DNA of 64,000 nucleotides from Spirochaetota bacterium (GTDB lineage Bacteria > Spirochaetota > UBA4802 > UBA5550), in the NCBI GenBank assembly GCA_963664815.2, contig CAXXHB010000003.1:2432001-2496000 (forward strand), written 5' to 3'. Below, in pieces: positions 1 to 10,445 of this stretch. How positions within the stretch are numbered: the first letter of the stretch is position 1; every line of letters begins with the position of its first letter. The position numbers and the translations under genes were made by a program. Under the pieces are notes generated by a model. The model was not told where the DNA came from. It saw only the letters and a list, made by a program, of their open reading frames with translations, and searched no databases.

Positions 1-1122
1 GTTTCCGCAATCAGGCTCAAGTACAAGGTGAGGTTGACGGCTGCAATAGGTATTTACCTCTGCAGTTACAACATCAGACTTACTCATTATAGGTTTGGTT
101 TCACTCCCCTTAACAACTCCCTGTTCATAATAAATGTTCGGAGTACCGGGATGAATTTCAATAGCATCATCTGCCATTGCCGCCGGAGCACTCATATATG
201 CCGGAAGAACTTCCAGATCAACCTTCACCTTTTTAACCGCTTCCTGTGCATGTTCAACAGTATCTGCACATACTATCGCAATGGCGTCACCAAACTGGAA
301 TACTTTTTTGTCACACAGTATCGGACGATCCCAGCCATCACCCTTGTTTGTAGGAAAAGTAATAAGGCCAGTTATACGGTTTTTACCCTTAACATCCTTA
401 TGTGTTACTACTTTATAAACTCCCGGCATCTTTTCAGCTTCGGATGTATCAATATTTTTAATATTTGCGTGTGAAACCTCCGCCTGTACAAGAGCAAGCC
501 GCAGAGTATCCGGAGGCATCTGCAGCGCAATATCTGCCCCGAAGTCCCATGTCCCGGTTACCTTCTGCAACGCCGAAGGACGGTGGTATGTTGTTCCGTA
601 GATTTTATTACCTGTGGGTTTAAACAGCAGATCCTCCTTCTTCATTTTGCCGCGCATAACCTTGCTTGCCGCCATAACAGCGTCGATAATCGGCTTATAG
701 CCGGTACATCGGCAGGCATTCCTGTTCTTCTGAAACCAATCACGTGCTTCCTCACGTTTCGGATTCGGGTTTTTATCAAGAAGAACCTTTGCAGAAAGAA
801 TAAATCCGGGACTGCAGAAACCGCACTGAGCACAGCCATAGGCCATCCATGCTACCTGGAGTGGATGCAGATTATCCGGAGTGCCAAGACCCTCAATCGT
901 TGTGATTTTAGCATTATCCGCAACTTTTTTCATTTTCACAATGCATGAACGGACTAATTCACCATTCAGGATAATCGAACATGTACCGCACTGACCCTGG
1001 TTGCAGCTTACTTTACATCCCGTCAGCATCATCTGTTCCCTTAAAACACCGGCGAGACTTGCATCAGGATCAACAATTAATGTTCTGTCCAGCCCATTAA
1101 TATTTAACACTTTCTTCAGCAT
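1..1122 (-). CDS. mop: Mop-type molybdopterin aldehyde oxidoreductase (xanthine oxidase family, N-terminal 2x[2Fe-2S] fused to Mo domain); runs off the window's left edge
   Basis: Absent from the ORF track because it has no stop in the window. Manual translation from ATG 1122 (GGAGG SD upstream) gives MLKKVLNINGLDRTLIVDPDASLAGVLREQMMLTGCKVSCNQGQCGTCS...RSC...TIEGLG...AQCGFCSPGF...NACRCTGY, the canonical two Fe-S motifs. Confidence 0.92.
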   Translation of the reverse strand, partial: MLKKVLNINGLDRTLIVDPDASLAGVLREQMMLTGCKVSCNQGQCGTCSIILNGELVRSCIVKMKKVADNAKITTIEGLGTPDNLHPLQVAWMAYGCAQCGFCSPGFILSAKVLLDKNPNPKREEARDWFQKNRNACRCTGYKPIIDAVMAASKVMRGKMKKEDLLFKPTGNKIYGTTYHRPSALQKVTGTWDFGADIALQMPPDTLRLALVQAEVSHANIKNIDTSEAEKMPGVYKVVTHKDVKGKNRITGLITFPTNKGDGWDRPILCDKKVFQFGDAIAIVCADTVEHAQEAVKKVKVDLEVLPAYMSAPAAMADDAIEIHPGTPNIYYEQGVVKGSETKPIMSKSDVVTAEVNTYCSRQPHLVLEPDCGN

Positions 1123-1250
1123 CTCTTTAACACCTCCATTAAGATTTTATAATATTAAACAATAATAATTCCATGAGTCCGGCATTATCGTTATAATCAG
1201 CAACTGCTTTTAAAAATAAAATTCGCTTTCATCAGAGAGGCCGTTCACAT

Positions 1251-2276
1251 TTAACTGCTTTTACCGAATGAGCAGTTTGGAAAATGACATACAGAACATC
1301 CGGTACACATTCCTCCATGCGCCAGACGGAGTATATCCCGTCTCTTGACCTCCTCACCCGCAAGAATGCGCGGAACGACAAGATCAAATATTGTGTTTTT
1401 GCTGTACATTACACAACCGGGGAGTCCAAGAACCGGAATATCATCAATGTATGCCAGCATAAACATTGAACCGGGAAGGACAGGAGCTCCGTAAATAACC
1501 ACACGTCCCCCGGCAGACCTTATACCTGACGGGGTAAGATCATCAGGGTCAACTGACATTCCCCCTGTTGCCGTAATCAGATCCGCACCGTCGTCAATCA
1601 GTGTTTTAATTGCATTTGTTATCATTTCCAGATCATCTGTAACATAAATCTGGCGAATAACCTCACTTCCAAGATCACTGAATTTCTTTTTTATCACCGG
1701 ACCAAACTGATCTTTAATCCTTCCATGATATACCTCACTGCCGGTTGTAACGACACCTACTCTGTGCGGTTTCAATGGTTTTATTTCTATTAGGGGCTGG
1801 TACTCTTTACACAACTGCTCTGCTTTTTCAATTTTCGAGGACTCAATAACAAGCGGCACGACCCTGCAGCCTGCAACTTTACTTCCTGCAGGTACAATCT
1901 GGTTTGTATGAATTGTAGCAAAGACAACCTGGTCAATGTCATTCACCAGATCAAGAAGGTTAACGTTAATTTTAAGCAGCCCGGTATATTCCGCGAGAAG
2001 ATCAACCTTACCCTCTTCCGGGCCATTCATAATTACTCCTCTGCCTTTAGCGGCTTTCGCCAGCCTCAGAGCAGCATCATCTTCATGAAGCATCTGTTTA
2101 TTAATCTCCCATACATACAGGTGCTCCTTCCCGAGATTCAGCAGTTTCGGTATATCATCTTTTGTAACAACATGACCTTTTTTAAATGCACGCCCTTTAA
2201 AACTTCCGGGCGTTATTTCTGTTATGTCATGACATAGAACCATACCTTCGGATTGTTCGATTGATACAATTTTCAT
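1251..2276 (-). CDS. MoeA-like molybdopterin-binding protein
   Basis: GMVLCHDITEI, TTGSEV, TGGMSVDPDDLTP, YGAPVLPG, GLPGCVMY motifs; Cys-rich tail GGMCTGCSVCHFPNC; directly upstream of the Mo enzyme. Confidence 0.88.
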   Translation of the reverse strand: MKIVSIEQSEGMVLCHDITEITPGSFKGRAFKKGHVVTKDDIPKLLNLGKEHLYVWEINKQMLHEDDAALRLAKAAKGRGVIMNGPEEGKVDLLAEYTGLLKINVNLLDLVNDIDQVVFATIHTNQIVPAGSKVAGCRVVPLVIESSKIEKAEQLCKEYQPLIEIKPLKPHRVGVVTTGSEVYHGRIKDQFGPVIKKKFSDLGSEVIRQIYVTDDLEMITNAIKTLIDDGADLITATGGMSVDPDDLTPSGIRSAGGRVVIYGAPVLPGSMFMLAYIDDIPVLGLPGCVMYSKNTIFDLVVPRILAGEEVKRRDILRLAHGGMCTGCSVCHFPNCSFGKSS

Positions 2277-2497
2277 CCGGATACCACCATATCAAAGCAT
2301 TAATCTTCAATTAATATACCAATTATGACATATATAAGTTTACAATACATTATGATTGAGCTGAAATCTAATCGAAACTTAAATAATTTAGTCATTATTA
2401 AAAAAAAATGAATTTTTTCACTTTTTATTTATGTTATTTTTAACACATACAAAAAATTGTTGTTTTTTTTTTAAGTCACTATTAAACATTTGTAAAT

Positions 2498-3349
2498 ATG
2501 GACAGATTTGATAGAAACATTGAATTATGTGATGGTCTTGAGACTGATTTTATCAAAGTTCTATACTATGAATTTCCGGACTATTACAGAGACAATTACA
2601 GATCCTATGAGTACTACAGAGTATGTACAATACTTGAAGGGAGTAAATTTGTTGAAATCGACAATGCGGAAAGTTTTGTCTACGATACAAGCCAGTTTAT
2701 AGTTCTTCCCCCCGAATCAACAGTTATGATGGAGATAGCAAATCCGACAAAGGCACTTGTACTTGAAATAAGCGACAAACTTATTGAAGAGATAAATAAC
2801 AAAGTTTGCCTGGATCTTGAGATAGACTGTAATCCCCTTAATGATAACGATCAGCATATATTCAGGGCAGATTCGGTACTGATTAAAAATGACATCAGCC
2901 GGATTACATCCATGGCTCTGGGATCATTAAACAACAGGGAATTTCTTATAGACCTGTATGTGCAGGAAATGACGTACAAGCTTCTGAATTCAATGGGAAA
3001 CAACATCATTCTCCATGGAAGATCAGAAAATCCGATTGTAAAAGCAATTGATATTATGAAAGAGAGTATAGAAAAAGATATTGATATATCCGGAATTGCA
3101 AAGTCATTACGTATGTCACCCGCTCTCTTTTCAATGAAGTTTAAAAAAATAACAGGTCTGTCTCCTAATACTTACTATACCAGTATAAAGCTTAACGAAG
3201 CCAGAAAAATGCTTAAACGAAAATCAGTAACAGAAGTTTCACTGGACCTGGGCTATGATAACATATCTCATTTCATCAGGCTTTTTTCAGATAAATTCGG
3301 AGTTACACCCAAACAATACCAGATGCATCTGCAAAGCAGGAGTGAATAA
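2498..3349 (+). CDS. AraC-family transcriptional regulator
   Basis: C-terminal double HTH (IAKSLRMSPALFSMKFKKITGLSP...VTEVSLDLGYDNISHFIRLFSDKFGVTP); divergent from the Mo-enzyme genes. Confidence 0.92.
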   Translation: MDRFDRNIELCDGLETDFIKVLYYEFPDYYRDNYRSYEYYRVCTILEGSKFVEIDNAESFVYDTSQFIVLPPESTVMMEIANPTKALVLEISDKLIEEINNKVCLDLEIDCNPLNDNDQHIFRADSVLIKNDISRITSMALGSLNNREFLIDLYVQEMTYKLLNSMGNNIILHGRSENPIVKAIDIMKESIEKDIDISGIAKSLRMSPALFSMKFKKITGLSPNTYYTSIKLNEARKMLKRKSVTEVSLDLGYDNISHFIRLFSDKFGVTPKQYQMHLQSRSE

Positions 3350-3527
3350 CAGCAGACTTCAGCTAAAGCAGTTCTAAACGACAGTATTCCCGCAGATTTA
3401 TTCCGCGAATTGCATAATTATTTTTACCACCATCTGCATTCCTCAATGGAAAAATATTGACACTGGTAAGCAGTCTTCTTATCTGTATAATAATAAATGT
3501 ATATGTTTATATTAATCGGGGGATATT

Positions 3528-4433
3528 ATGCCGGATTCCAGGAACTCGCTTACTTCTATATTTCTTGCGCTTGGAGCAAACTTTCTTATTGCGGCTGCAA
3601 AATTCATTGCTGCGTTAATAACCGGGTCAGGTGCAATGCTCGCAGAGGCTGTTCACTCCTCTGCAGATTGCGGCAATCAGCTGCTGCTTATTATCGGTTT
3701 AAAACGATCTAAAAGAGAGGCCGACGATGATCATCCACTTGGCTACGGGATGCTGATCTATTTCTGGTCATTTATTGTTGCCATCATACTCTTTTCTCTC
3801 GGAGGACTCTTCTCCCTTTTTGAAGGTATCGAAAAATTTCATAATCCTCATTCAGTTGATTCCCCGATAGTTGCTCTTTCAGTACTTGGCATCAGCATTA
3901 TTCTTGAATCAATTTCTCTTTTCGGCTGTCTCAGGCAGGTGAATACTACACGGGGTGATCAGTCAATCTTTACATGGTTCCGTGAAAGCCGCCAGAGCGA
4001 GCTTCTTGTTGTTTTCGGCGAGGATATTGCAGCGTTGTTTGGTCTGACTGTTGCAATAATATCAGTTACACTTACTGTTATCACAGGAAATGCTCTCTTT
4101 GATGCAGCCGGGACTGTTATTATCGGTATTATTCTCATTACTGTAGCCATATGCGTCGGATATGAGGTGATCAATCTTCTTATAGGTCAGAGCGCAGATC
4201 TGGCAACACGCAGTGCAATCAGTAATTTTCTTGCAGAAAGAGAGGAGATTAAGCGCCTGATAAATATTATTACACTTCAGATGGGGCCACAAATTCTGGT
4301 GTCAGTTAAAGCTGAAATGCGCACTGCAAAAACGGCGGAAGCAATGGTACAGGATATCAACCGTTGTGAAAAGGCTATGAAAGAAAAATTCCCAAAAGTA
4401 CGATGGTCATTCTTTGAACCTGATATAAAATGA
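3528..4433 (+). CDS. Cation diffusion facilitator (CDF) family transporter
   Basis: GSGAMLAEAVHSSAD, HPLGYG, VVFGEDIAAL motifs; about 6 TM segments plus C-terminal soluble domain. Confidence 0.9.
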   Translation: MPDSRNSLTSIFLALGANFLIAAAKFIAALITGSGAMLAEAVHSSADCGNQLLLIIGLKRSKREADDDHPLGYGMLIYFWSFIVAIILFSLGGLFSLFEGIEKFHNPHSVDSPIVALSVLGISIILESISLFGCLRQVNTTRGDQSIFTWFRESRQSELLVVFGEDIAALFGLTVAIISVTLTVITGNALFDAAGTVIIGIILITVAICVGYEVINLLIGQSADLATRSAISNFLAEREEIKRLINIITLQMGPQILVSVKAEMRTAKTAEAMVQDINRCEKAMKEKFPKVRWSFFEPDIK

Positions 4434-4653
4434 CACAGAAATAATCGGATTTCTGATGTGTAAATTTTATTATAATTATTTGACAGATTACCCTTTTATA
4501 ATTACATATATTCCATATTAATTAAAAAACCATTGTTTATCTCTTAACATCCGGTATTTTGTATAAACTCTTCATTCATACAGGCTTTATGATGTTTAAT
4601 AAAGCAATACCGGTCTATAATGGTTAAAAATCATTTAACACAGGAGGGATTAT

Positions 4654-5550
4654 ATGTCCTACATTTTCTTAATAGTACTTGCAGCCGTTTTTATCTTTCT
4701 GATTGTTCCGAATGTCCGTATTGTCAGCCAGAACACGGTTCAGGTTATAGAATTTCTCGGCAAATTCAGCAGAGTAATGCATGCGGGTCTCAATATAAAG
4801 GTTCCGCTGCTTGAATCTGTGCGCGAAGTTGTATCAATGAGGCAGCAGAACTTCAGTATTGAAGGCAAGTATCCCTCCAAGGATAAGGTAATTGTTGATG
4901 TCAACACAAACCTGATCTACAGGGTGAATGATGCTCCTGATGGTATAAAAAGATACACATATGCACTGGAGAACAGGGCAGCCTCCGTTGGAGCGATAAT
5001 TGAAAACTCCCTGAGGACATATATAGCCAAAGAGACGCATGAAGGTATATTGGAGAAAAAAGAGGAGCTGGCGCTTCATATACGTACCGATCTTGAAAAA
5101 CAGTACGAGGAATGGGGAATGCTTATAAGCAGTTTCCAGATAACAAATGTAAGTTTCCCGACAACAATCACCGATGCAATGTCCGAGGTAGTTGCTTCCG
5201 AACAGTTAAGGAAAGCTGCGGAAAACAAAGGTGAAGCTGTTAAAATTCAGGCCATAAAGGAAGCTGAGGCTGAAAGGGAACGCAAACGTCTGCAGGGAGA
5301 AGGTATAGCTCTTGAAAGGGAAGCTATAGCGCGGGGACTTCAGAAATCAGTTGAGATTGTTCAGAAAGCTACAGGTGGAACATCTCAGGAAATTCTTTCA
5401 ATCCTTACACTTACACAATACCTGGATACATTGAAAGGAATCGGAATGTCGCAGAATTCAAAGGTGCTGTTTATTGACAGCAGTATTCAGAAAAACACAG
5501 ATCTTATGCAGCAGCTTATGGCAGCTTTTGATACAAGTGTAAAGAAATAA
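4654..5550 (+). CDS. SPFH/Band-7 domain membrane protein
   Basis: N-terminal TM, IEFLGKFSRVMHAGLNIKVP, coiled-coil AEAERERKRLQGEGIA, LTQYLDTL; AGGAGG SD. Confidence 0.9.
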   Translation: MSYIFLIVLAAVFIFLIVPNVRIVSQNTVQVIEFLGKFSRVMHAGLNIKVPLLESVREVVSMRQQNFSIEGKYPSKDKVIVDVNTNLIYRVNDAPDGIKRYTYALENRAASVGAIIENSLRTYIAKETHEGILEKKEELALHIRTDLEKQYEEWGMLISSFQITNVSFPTTITDAMSEVVASEQLRKAAENKGEAVKIQAIKEAEAERERKRLQGEGIALEREAIARGLQKSVEIVQKATGGTSQEILSILTLTQYLDTLKGIGMSQNSKVLFIDSSIQKNTDLMQQLMAAFDTSVKK

Positions 5551-5607
5551 TATTTTTTATTTAAAACATTTATTCCTTAAACTGATTATTGTTTGAAAAA
5601 CATTTAC

Positions 5608-5635
5608 TGATGCCCGATACTTCTGGCGGGCATCA
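5608..5635. terminator. Hairpin between convergent SPFH and MATE genes
   Basis: TGATGCCCG-N10-CGGGCATCA 9-bp stem. Confidence 0.5.
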
Positions 5636-5650
5636 AAACACTTTTATATC

Positions 5651-7024
5651 TTATACTACCATTATATCTCTCCACTTGCCACCCCTATATCTGACAATTA
5701 AGACAGTACAGAAAAGCATGAAAAAGGTGACAAATCCCCCCCATGCTGCAACAGGAGAAAGTTTTAATACATTGAGCATTATATATATAACAGGAACAAA
5801 GAGCCACTGGTATGTTACAGATGCCATCATAACCCATAATGTATCCCCTGCGCCACGAAGGGCGCCGATAAGAGATATCATTACAGTCTCTGCAATAATA
5901 TATATTGAAGCTATTCTGACCATCGAAACAGCTATCGGCGCTGCTGATTCAAATACTTTATTCTGTCCCTCCGGCCGGAATATATTCACAAGCGATTCCG
6001 GCATGAAAAGAAAGATCAGAGTCACCGCAAAAGCGTAAATTAAACCTGTCCTGATTCCGGACATTGCTGAGCGATGTGCAACCGCCGGATCACCCGCTCC
6101 CATATACCTCCCCACAAGACTTGAAACAGCAATCTCAATCCCCAGCAGCGGAACAAAAGCAGCCATATCCCAGTTGAACATAATGGAACTTGCTGTTGCA
6201 ACAATATCCCCCTGAGACTGAAAGATATATATCATTAAAGTAAATGCTAAAAAATACAGAAACAACTCAATCCCTGCAGGATATCCGAATAAAAGCAGCT
6301 TCTTCATAACAATTCTGTCATAATGAAATGAATTCATAACCCCGAACTCGCGGCGGTGAGACTTTTTAAAATATGATAATACAAGAACAGTCACTGCAGC
6401 AATGCTTGATGCAATAGATGCTACAGCAGCTCCCTCTATTCTCATCTCCGGCATTCCGAGTTTTCCGAAGATAAGCAGATATCCAAGTCCGACATTCATA
6501 ACAAGAGCAGTGATTGTTGCCATCATGACAACTCTTGTACGTCCGATTCCTGTGAAGTAGCAGCCCAGAACCTGCCGGATCATGGCAGGGAGAGTGCCAT
6601 AGCACAATATTTCAAAATATCTCGACTGATATCCGATCTGGTCTGCGGGTATACCGATATGATAAAAAAACTTTTCTGCGAAGGGGACAATAGCCAGGAT
6701 AACCGGATAAGCTGCAATGGATATTATCATCGCCTGAAACGCAGTCACCGGCGAAAGATTTTTCCTGCCTGAACCGTAATACTGGGCAGATATGGCTGTT
6801 GAATACCCGATTAACCCGCTGAAAAAAAATACAAGTACCTGATTCATTACGCCGCCGCTGAGAGCAGCATTCATATACTCCGGCCCTAACCTTGAAAGAA
6901 AAATTCTTGTCGTGAAAATCATTAACGCATCACAGGATGTTGACAGCATCATCGGCAGGGCTATGGTGAGCATTTCAAAAACTCCCCCGCTCCCTGTGTA
7001 TTTTATTTTTATTTTATTATTCAT
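5651..7024 (-). CDS. MATE-family efflux transporter
   Basis: About 12 hydrophobic segments; SAQYYGS, YFTGIGRTR, GAAVAS, VGRYMGAG, ALRGAGDT motifs. Confidence 0.92.
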   Translation of the reverse strand: MNNKIKIKYTGSGGVFEMLTIALPMMLSTSCDALMIFTTRIFLSRLGPEYMNAALSGGVMNQVLVFFFSGLIGYSTAISAQYYGSGRKNLSPVTAFQAMIISIAAYPVILAIVPFAEKFFYHIGIPADQIGYQSRYFEILCYGTLPAMIRQVLGCYFTGIGRTRVVMMATITALVMNVGLGYLLIFGKLGMPEMRIEGAAVASIASSIAAVTVLVLSYFKKSHRREFGVMNSFHYDRIVMKKLLLFGYPAGIELFLYFLAFTLMIYIFQSQGDIVATASSIMFNWDMAAFVPLLGIEIAVSSLVGRYMGAGDPAVAHRSAMSGIRTGLIYAFAVTLIFLFMPESLVNIFRPEGQNKVFESAAPIAVSMVRIASIYIIAETVMISLIGALRGAGDTLWVMMASVTYQWLFVPVIYIMLNVLKLSPVAAWGGFVTFFMLFCTVLIVRYRGGKWRDIMVV

Positions 7025-7146
7025 TATTAAATTACTCGAGTCAGGGATTTTTTCATACTAATTATTTACAATAAACTGCATTTTTATAAATAAAATGTTC
7101 CTGACTCAAGTAAATTATTTTATTAGTATCTGCTGAATATATGTTA

Positions 7147-8325
7147 TTAATTCTGAGCCAGAAATTCAAACGGATGAAGAACATCCTTATCAGGCAACCC
7201 GAGTTTTATATAAAACCTGCACATCGGGCATTCGGTTAAAATTATATCTGCTCCTGTTGCTTTAATATCATCAATCTTGCTCTTTCTCAGCTTTTCACTC
7301 ATCCCGCTGTTTTCCATGTAGAAAGTTCCCCCTGCACCGCAGCAGCTTTCAGGATTCTCCATAGGTTTATAACCTGCTGAATTTTTCAACATAATTTCGA
7401 CAAGATTCTTTTCAGATGTTCTGTCGCTATGACATGGAACATGCATGGTGAAGGTTTTAGGGTTTATCTTTCCGGATAAAGTTACACCCATTCTGCTCAT
7501 GTATGCCGAAGGTTCATACAGTTTTGCAATAATCGTTTTAATCTTCTCCTGTATTGGATCTTCTTTATCAAAAAGCTTTGGCGCTTTTTTAATAAACATC
7601 ATACGGCACGAAGTACAGTCCATAACCACAGCATCTGCATCTATTGCCGACAGTATTTCGATGTTCTGCTTCATCATCTCTGCAGCTCCGTCAATATCAC
7701 CATCGGAAATAAGCGGAAGTCCGCAGCAGATAAGTTTATCCGGAATAACCGTCTCTATGCCATTAGCTGTCATAATCTTTACTACTGAAGCTCCGACTTC
7801 CGGAAAAAGGAAATTCGACCCGCAGCCTGCAAAGTACACAGCCCGTCCTCGCTTTTCACCCACTGCAGATATTGTTCCTTTGAAACTTCCGTCAAACGGT
7901 TCAGACGAGATCTGCGGCATGTTCTTTGAAAAACCGACCTTTGCTGCCAATGAACCTGCAATCCCTGCAATATTCCTTAACCCTTTCTCTTTCAGAATCT
8001 TTGACATGAACCCGCGCCTGATCGATCCAAACCCCTTCTCATTTTTCAGAAGTTCACCCCTTGCTGAGATTACAATCTCGTCAACAGGAACAAGACTGAA
8101 GCAGTTTCTTGAACAATTTGTACATAACAGGCATTTATCCAGTATCTCCCTGAATCCGGGGCTGTCAGGTGAAGTCTTCTTTACAAGCACATCACGTATG
8201 ATGTTTATTCTGTGCCTTGCTACAAAATTTTCAGACTTCTGCGTCTGAAATGAAGGACAGTAAGCCTGACAGAAGCCGCACTGCGAGCAACGGTTCATTA
8301 TATCAGTATAGTCAGCCAGTTTCAT
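7147..8325 (-). CDS. GlcF-like Fe-S subunit (2x[4Fe-4S] plus two CCG domains)
   Basis: CSQCGFCQAYCP, CLLCTNCSRNC, YFAGC, CCG twice, ECPMC. Start moved to ATG 8325 (GGAGGAGG SD, ATGA overlap with upstream stop). Confidence 0.9.
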   Translation of the reverse strand: MKLADYTDIMNRCSQCGFCQAYCPSFQTQKSENFVARHRINIIRDVLVKKTSPDSPGFREILDKCLLCTNCSRNCFSLVPVDEIVISARGELLKNEKGFGSIRRGFMSKILKEKGLRNIAGIAGSLAAKVGFSKNMPQISSEPFDGSFKGTISAVGEKRGRAVYFAGCGSNFLFPEVGASVVKIMTANGIETVIPDKLICCGLPLISDGDIDGAAEMMKQNIEILSAIDADAVVMDCTSCRMMFIKKAPKLFDKEDPIQEKIKTIIAKLYEPSAYMSRMGVTLSGKINPKTFTMHVPCHSDRTSEKNLVEIMLKNSAGYKPMENPESCCGAGGTFYMENSGMSEKLRKSKIDDIKATGADIILTECPMCRFYIKLGLPDKDVLHPFEFLAQN

Positions 8326-9713
8326 GATAACACCTCCTCCATCCACAGTTTACCGGGATTCATAATATTATGCGGATCAAATGCTGCTTTTATTTTTTTC
8401 ATAAGACTGATCTGTACCGCACCATGTTCAAGTTCAAGAAATTTACTCTTGTGTATACCGATACCATGTTCTCCGGAGATTGTACCTTTAAGATCAAGCC
8501 CGGCTTTTATAATTTCTTCGATTGCCTTATCTGCCTTTACCGACATCTCCGGGCTTATTTCACCCTGCATAATTGTCGGATGCATGTTGCCGTCTCCGGC
8601 ATGCCCTGCAATACCTATGAGCACACCGCATGATGCAGCAATGCCCTGTATTCTCCTGACAAATTCCGGGATAGAATGCCGTGGAACAGTTATATCCTCT
8701 GTAATAACACGTTTAAAAATCTGAAGCATACCTGGATATATTTTTGACCTCCCCCACCAGTATAAACCGCTCTCGGTTTCATCTTTGATAATTCTCACAT
8801 CAACCGCTTCCATATCTGTACATATTGATTGAATCTCCTTTGTTTCCTCCTCTACCTGGGAAACACTTCCGTCAAGTTCCATTAAAAGATATGCATCTCC
8901 AAGCAGCGGCAGCTTCGGTTCTATATAATTGTTCAGAACAGTAAATGCAAGCTTTGGAAGGAACTCAAGCATCGAAGGTATTGCACCATGTGCGATAATT
9001 CCTGAAACTATCTCCGCTGCCTGCTCAACTGTTAAACAGGTTACAACTACTGTTCTTTTTGCCGCCGGCGCCGGGAGTATCCTCAGGTGCGCAGAGGTTA
9101 TTACACCGAGAGTTCCCTCGGAACCGGTCATGAGATGTGTAAGATCATACCCGCTTGACTGCTTCATGATCTTCCCTCCGGGTTTTATAACCGATCCGTC
9201 AGGAAGTACAACTTCAAGGCCTGTTACATATCGTTCCGTTGTACCGTACTTGACACCCCTTGGACCCCCTGCCCGTGTAGAGATATTTCCGCCGATTGTA
9301 CACACAGTCATACTCTGTGGATCCGGAGGATAAAAAAGTTTCTCCTTTTCCAGTTTTTTATTGAAATTATCAAGAACCACTCCGCATTCCACTGTTGCCG
9401 ACATGTTTTTATGATCAATTTCAATAATGCGGTTCATCTGTTTCATATCCAGCACAATTCCGCCATGAACAGGAGTACACCCTCCTGCTAGTCCGCTCCC
9501 CGCGCCTCGCGGGACCACAGGAATCCTGTTTTCTGCAGCGTATTTAATAATTCGCGATACTTCATCTGTCGTTTCCGGGATGGCTACAGCATCAGGATTT
9601 TTTTTTGCAATATAAAACGTAGCATCATTGGCATATGCAGAAACATCTTCAGGCAGATCAAGAATCTGTCTTTCTCCGAGTATTCTTCTCAGGTCTTTAC
9701 CTATAGAACCCAT
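8322..9713 (-). CDS. GlcD-like FAD-linked 2-hydroxyacid dehydrogenase
   Basis: PRGAGSGLAGG, YPPDPQS, TIGGN, GSEGTLGVIT, GHAGDGNMHP, SGEHGIG, DPHNIMNPGK. Confidence 0.93.
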   Translation of the reverse strand: MGSIGKDLRRILGERQILDLPEDVSAYANDATFYIAKKNPDAVAIPETTDEVSRIIKYAAENRIPVVPRGAGSGLAGGCTPVHGGIVLDMKQMNRIIEIDHKNMSATVECGVVLDNFNKKLEKEKLFYPPDPQSMTVCTIGGNISTRAGGPRGVKYGTTERYVTGLEVVLPDGSVIKPGGKIMKQSSGYDLTHLMTGSEGTLGVITSAHLRILPAPAAKRTVVVTCLTVEQAAEIVSGIIAHGAIPSMLEFLPKLAFTVLNNYIEPKLPLLGDAYLLMELDGSVSQVEEETKEIQSICTDMEAVDVRIIKDETESGLYWWGRSKIYPGMLQIFKRVITEDITVPRHSIPEFVRRIQGIAASCGVLIGIAGHAGDGNMHPTIMQGEISPEMSVKADKAIEEIIKAGLDLKGTISGEHGIGIHKSKFLELEHGAVQISLMKKIKAAFDPHNIMNPGKLWMEEVLS

Positions 9714-9842
9714 AACTCCTCCACTTGCTGATTAGTTGCTGCTTCCTCTGTGCATCTTTCTATATTTTAAAATTCGAGAAGACTAAATGCTTTTCAATAT
9801 AAACCAGCACACTTTGCCGTCCCAACAATGGAAGTGTAAAAT

Positions 9843-10445
9843 CTATCCTTTCACCATTTCTATCCCTTTTCTGAAGGCAGTCATGTTCAACGCAATCTTT
9901 GACTCTGCAACGCTCCCGGCAACGACTTTCTCGAAATCTTTGTCATCAAAAGGCAGTACGCCAAGACCCGCGACTGCTCCTATCATCATTACGTTTCCGA
10001 GTATCGGATGTCCCAGCTTTACAGCTTCATCTGTGGCATCTATAAAATACATCTCTCCGCACAATGCCGAAAGTGAAGCTTTTATTTCATCAAGTGAAGG
10101 GTAGTTAGATTCGCCGCAGATTACACCTACTGGATAGATAGCCCGTGTATTTGAGAGAACTTTAACATCAGGATTTCCGTATCCTGCCATAACACGGACA
10201 GACTCCGCGGGTTCCAGAGACACAACAAGGTCTGCCTGACCTTTTGGGATCTGCGGGCTGAACACTGTACTCCCGGAAATTCTCAGATGACTCATTACGG
10301 AGCCCCCTCTCTGTGATGCGCCGAATGTCTCACCTATTGTAACCGTGTATCCTTTGGCAGCCATTATATTCCCCAGCATGCGCGCTGCAAGCACATTCCC
10401 CTGGCCGCCGACACCCGTAATTATTACATTGTATGGATCTTTCAT
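9843..10445 (-). CDS. iorB: Indolepyruvate:ferredoxin oxidoreductase beta subunit
   Basis: GVGGQG, GETFGASQRGGSV, LEPAE, NVMMIGA; overlaps the iorA stop by 4 nt. Confidence 0.93.
   Translation of the reverse strand: MKDPYNVIITGVGGQGNVLAARMLGNIMAAKGYTVTIGETFGASQRGGSVMSHLRISGSTVFSPQIPKGQADLVVSLEPAESVRVMAGYGNPDVKVLSNTRAIYPVGVICGESNYPSLDEIKASLSALCGEMYFIDATDEAVKLGHPILGNVMMIGAVAGLGVLPFDDKDFEKVVAGSVAESKIALNMTAFRKGIEMVKG

Noticed and set aside
28-948. Plus-strand ORFs of 148 and 121 aa, and apparent absence of a real gene in 1-1122
   Set aside because: They are shadows of the minus-strand aldehyde oxidoreductase, which the ORF track missed because it lacks a stop in the window; its N-terminal part translates without frameshift.
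7445-8248. Long antisense ORFs (also 22636-23268, 27945-28538, 58387-59100 and similar)
   Set aside because: They mirror well-supported genes codon for codon, are Ser/Ile/Phe-rich, and have no SD or motifs.
9805-9842. GGGACGGCAAAG on the minus strand resembling a c-di-GMP-I riboswitch segment
   Set aside because: The upstream GCAAA/GNRA hairpin and P3 stem are missing; it is only a small hairpin.
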